This document shows, piece by piece, positions 30,502 to 32,000 of a DNA stretch of 32,000 nt (positions are counted from its first letter, which is position 1; the number at the start of each line of letters is the position of its first letter). Under the pieces are notes generated by a model. That model saw only the letters and a program-made list of their open reading frames with translations, was not told the origin of the DNA and did no database searches. The position numbers were made by a program, and so were the translations under genes. This DNA is from Bacillus subtilis subsp. subtilis str. 168 (GTDB lineage: Bacteria; Bacillota; Bacilli; Bacillales; Bacillaceae). The DNA lies in contig NC_000964.3 of NCBI RefSeq assembly GCF_000009045.1, positions 3,300,001 to 3,332,000 of the forward strand, in the 5' to 3' direction.

Positions 30502-31851
30502 GTGAAAAAAAGATCGTTTAAGGTGTTTACACTTAGCCTGCAGCATGTGCTCGCCATGTATGCAGGTGCGATTTTGGTGCCCCTGCTTGTCGGCAGGGCG
30601 CTGAATGTAACAACTGAACAGCTGTCCTACCTATTGGCGATTGACCTGTTAACATGCGGCGTCGCTACGCTTTTGCAAACCTTGCGCGGAACATACATCG
30701 GCATCGGGCTTCCCGTCATGCTTGGCAGTTCATTTGTGGCCGTCACCCCAATGATTGCAATCGGCAGCAATTACGGCATTCACGCGATTTATGGTTCCAT
30801 CATTGCGGCCGGTGTGTTCATCTTTTTGTTTGCGCGTTTTTTCGGCAAGCTGACTGTGTTATTTCCTCCTGTCGTAACAGGTACCGTTGTGACCTTGATC
30901 GGCCTTTCACTTGTTCCGACAGGTGTGAAAAATATGGCTGGCGGCGAAAAAATAAACGGCAGCGCCAACCCCGAATACGGTTCGCTCGAAAACCTTCTTC
31001 TCTCTGTCGGTGTCCTTGTTCTGATCTTAGTCCTCAACCGCTTTCTCAAAGGATTTGCCCGAACACTGTCCGTTCTGATCGGCATCGCCGCCGGAACAGC
31101 GGCAGCAGCGATCATGGGCAAAGTCAGCTTTTCTTCTGTTACAGAAGCACCGTTCTTCCAAATCCCGAAGCCTTTTTACTTCGGAGCCCCTGCGTTTGAA
31201 ATCGGTCCGATCTTAACGATGCTGATCGTCGGAATCGTCATTATTGTGGAATCAACCGGCGTTTTTTACGCAATCGGAAAGATATGCGGCAGACCTTTAA
31301 CTGACAAAGATCTCGTCAAAGGCTATCGAGCGGAAGGAATCGCCATTCTCATCGGCGGGCTGTTCAATGCCTTTCCTTATAATACCTTTGCGCAAAACGC
31401 CGGCTTATTGCAGCTGACCAAAGTGAAAACAAGAAACATCGTCGTTACCGCAGGCTGTATCCTTGTCTGTCTCGGACTGATTCCGAAGATTGCCGCCCTT
31501 GCATCTGCCGTTCCTGCTGCTGTACTTGGCGGCGCGACCGTCGTCATGTTCGGCATGGTGATTGCCTCCGGCGTCAAAATGCTCAGCACAGCGGATCTCA
31601 AAAATCAATACCACCTCCTGACCATCGCATGCTCAATCGCACTCGGCATCGGCGCCAGCACGGCCCCCGGGATTTTTGCTGAATTCCCCGCTCCGATCCG
31701 GATTCTGGTCAGTGACGGCACCATCACCGGAAGCCTAACCGCCATCTTTTTGAATCTATTTTTCAGCTTGCGCGACAAAAAAGAATTAACAGCACAGCAA
31801 ACAGAACTTCCGGTATTAGAACATACACTCGCATTAGAAAAAGAGGTGTAA
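30502..31851 (+). CDS. pucJ: Uric acid permease, NCS2 family (449 aa)
   Basis: GTG start with SD GGGAGGG; NCS2 features, QNAGLLQLTKVKTR motif. Confidence 0.93.
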   Translation: MKKRSFKVFTLSLQHVLAMYAGAILVPLLVGRALNVTTEQLSYLLAIDLLTCGVATLLQTLRGTYIGIGLPVMLGSSFVAVTPMIAIGSNYGIHAIYGSIIAAGVFIFLFARFFGKLTVLFPPVVTGTVVTLIGLSLVPTGVKNMAGGEKINGSANPEYGSLENLLLSVGVLVLILVLNRFLKGFARTLSVLIGIAAGTAAAAIMGKVSFSSVTEAPFFQIPKPFYFGAPAFEIGPILTMLIVGIVIIVESTGVFYAIGKICGRPLTDKDLVKGYRAEGIAILIGGLFNAFPYNTFAQNAGLLQLTKVKTRNIVVTAGCILVCLGLIPKIAALASAVPAAVLGGATVVMFGMVIASGVKMLSTADLKNQYHLLTIACSIALGIGASTAPGIFAEFPAPIRILVSDGTITGSLTAIFLNLFFSLRDKKELTAQQTELPVLEHTLALEKEV

Positions 31852-31856
31852 AAAAG

Positions 31857-32000
31857 ATGAAGGAACAGCACAATGCCTTACAGCTAATGATGCTGGGGCT
31901 TCAGCACATGCTTGCCATGTATGCGGGAGCCATTCTCGTTCCGTTGATCGTCGGAGCAGCGATCGGGCTGAATGCGGGGCAGCTGACGTATTTAATCGCG
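31857..32000 (+). CDS. pucK: Uric acid permease PucK, NCS2 family, 5' part only (truncated by the window edge)
   Basis: MKEQHNALQLMMLGLQHMLAMYAGAILVPLIVGAAIGLNAGQLTYLIA..., tandem paralog of pucJ; ORF open to the window end. Confidence 0.88.
   Translation, partial: MKEQHNALQLMMLGLQHMLAMYAGAILVPLIVGAAIGLNAGQLTYLIA

Noticed and set aside
30502-32000. Tandem pucJ/pucK similarity as a repeat or recent duplication
   Set aside because: The proteins share NCS2 family motifs (MYAGAILVPL) but diverge in DNA and sequence between them. This is an established paralog pair, not a novel repeat.

Overview
The window is ordinary, gene-dense core chromosome from a Bacillus subtilis-group organism (identification by recalled protein similarity and gene order; no database search was run). 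The order is yumB, yumC, yuzG, guaC, paiB, paiA, yutM, dapF, yutK, yuzB, yutJ, yuzD, yutI, yuxL, thrB-thrC-hom, yutH, yutG, yutF, yutE, yutD, yutC, lipA, lytH, yunB, yunC, yunD, yunE, yunF, yunG, pucH, pucR, pucJ, and the start of pucK. I found no tRNA or rRNA gene, CRISPR array, transposase, prophage, defence cassette or clear pseudogene, and I do not see a new multi-gene system. The observations most worth checking are regulatory: (1) a 13-bp perfect inverted repeat flanking a candidate sigma-A promoter upstream of paiA, followed by an unannotated 19-codon ORF in the leader; (2) exact matches to the PucR box and TnrA box consensus, plus one degenerate TnrA-like site, in the purine-catabolism genes; (3) a 22-bp palindrome in the lipA/lytH divergent gap; (4) an inverted repeat in the hom leader; (5) a small membrane protein ORF (yuzG) missing from the supplied ORF track. 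Many track ORFs start upstream of the likely start codon, so CDS starts were adjusted where a Shine-Dalgarno supported it.
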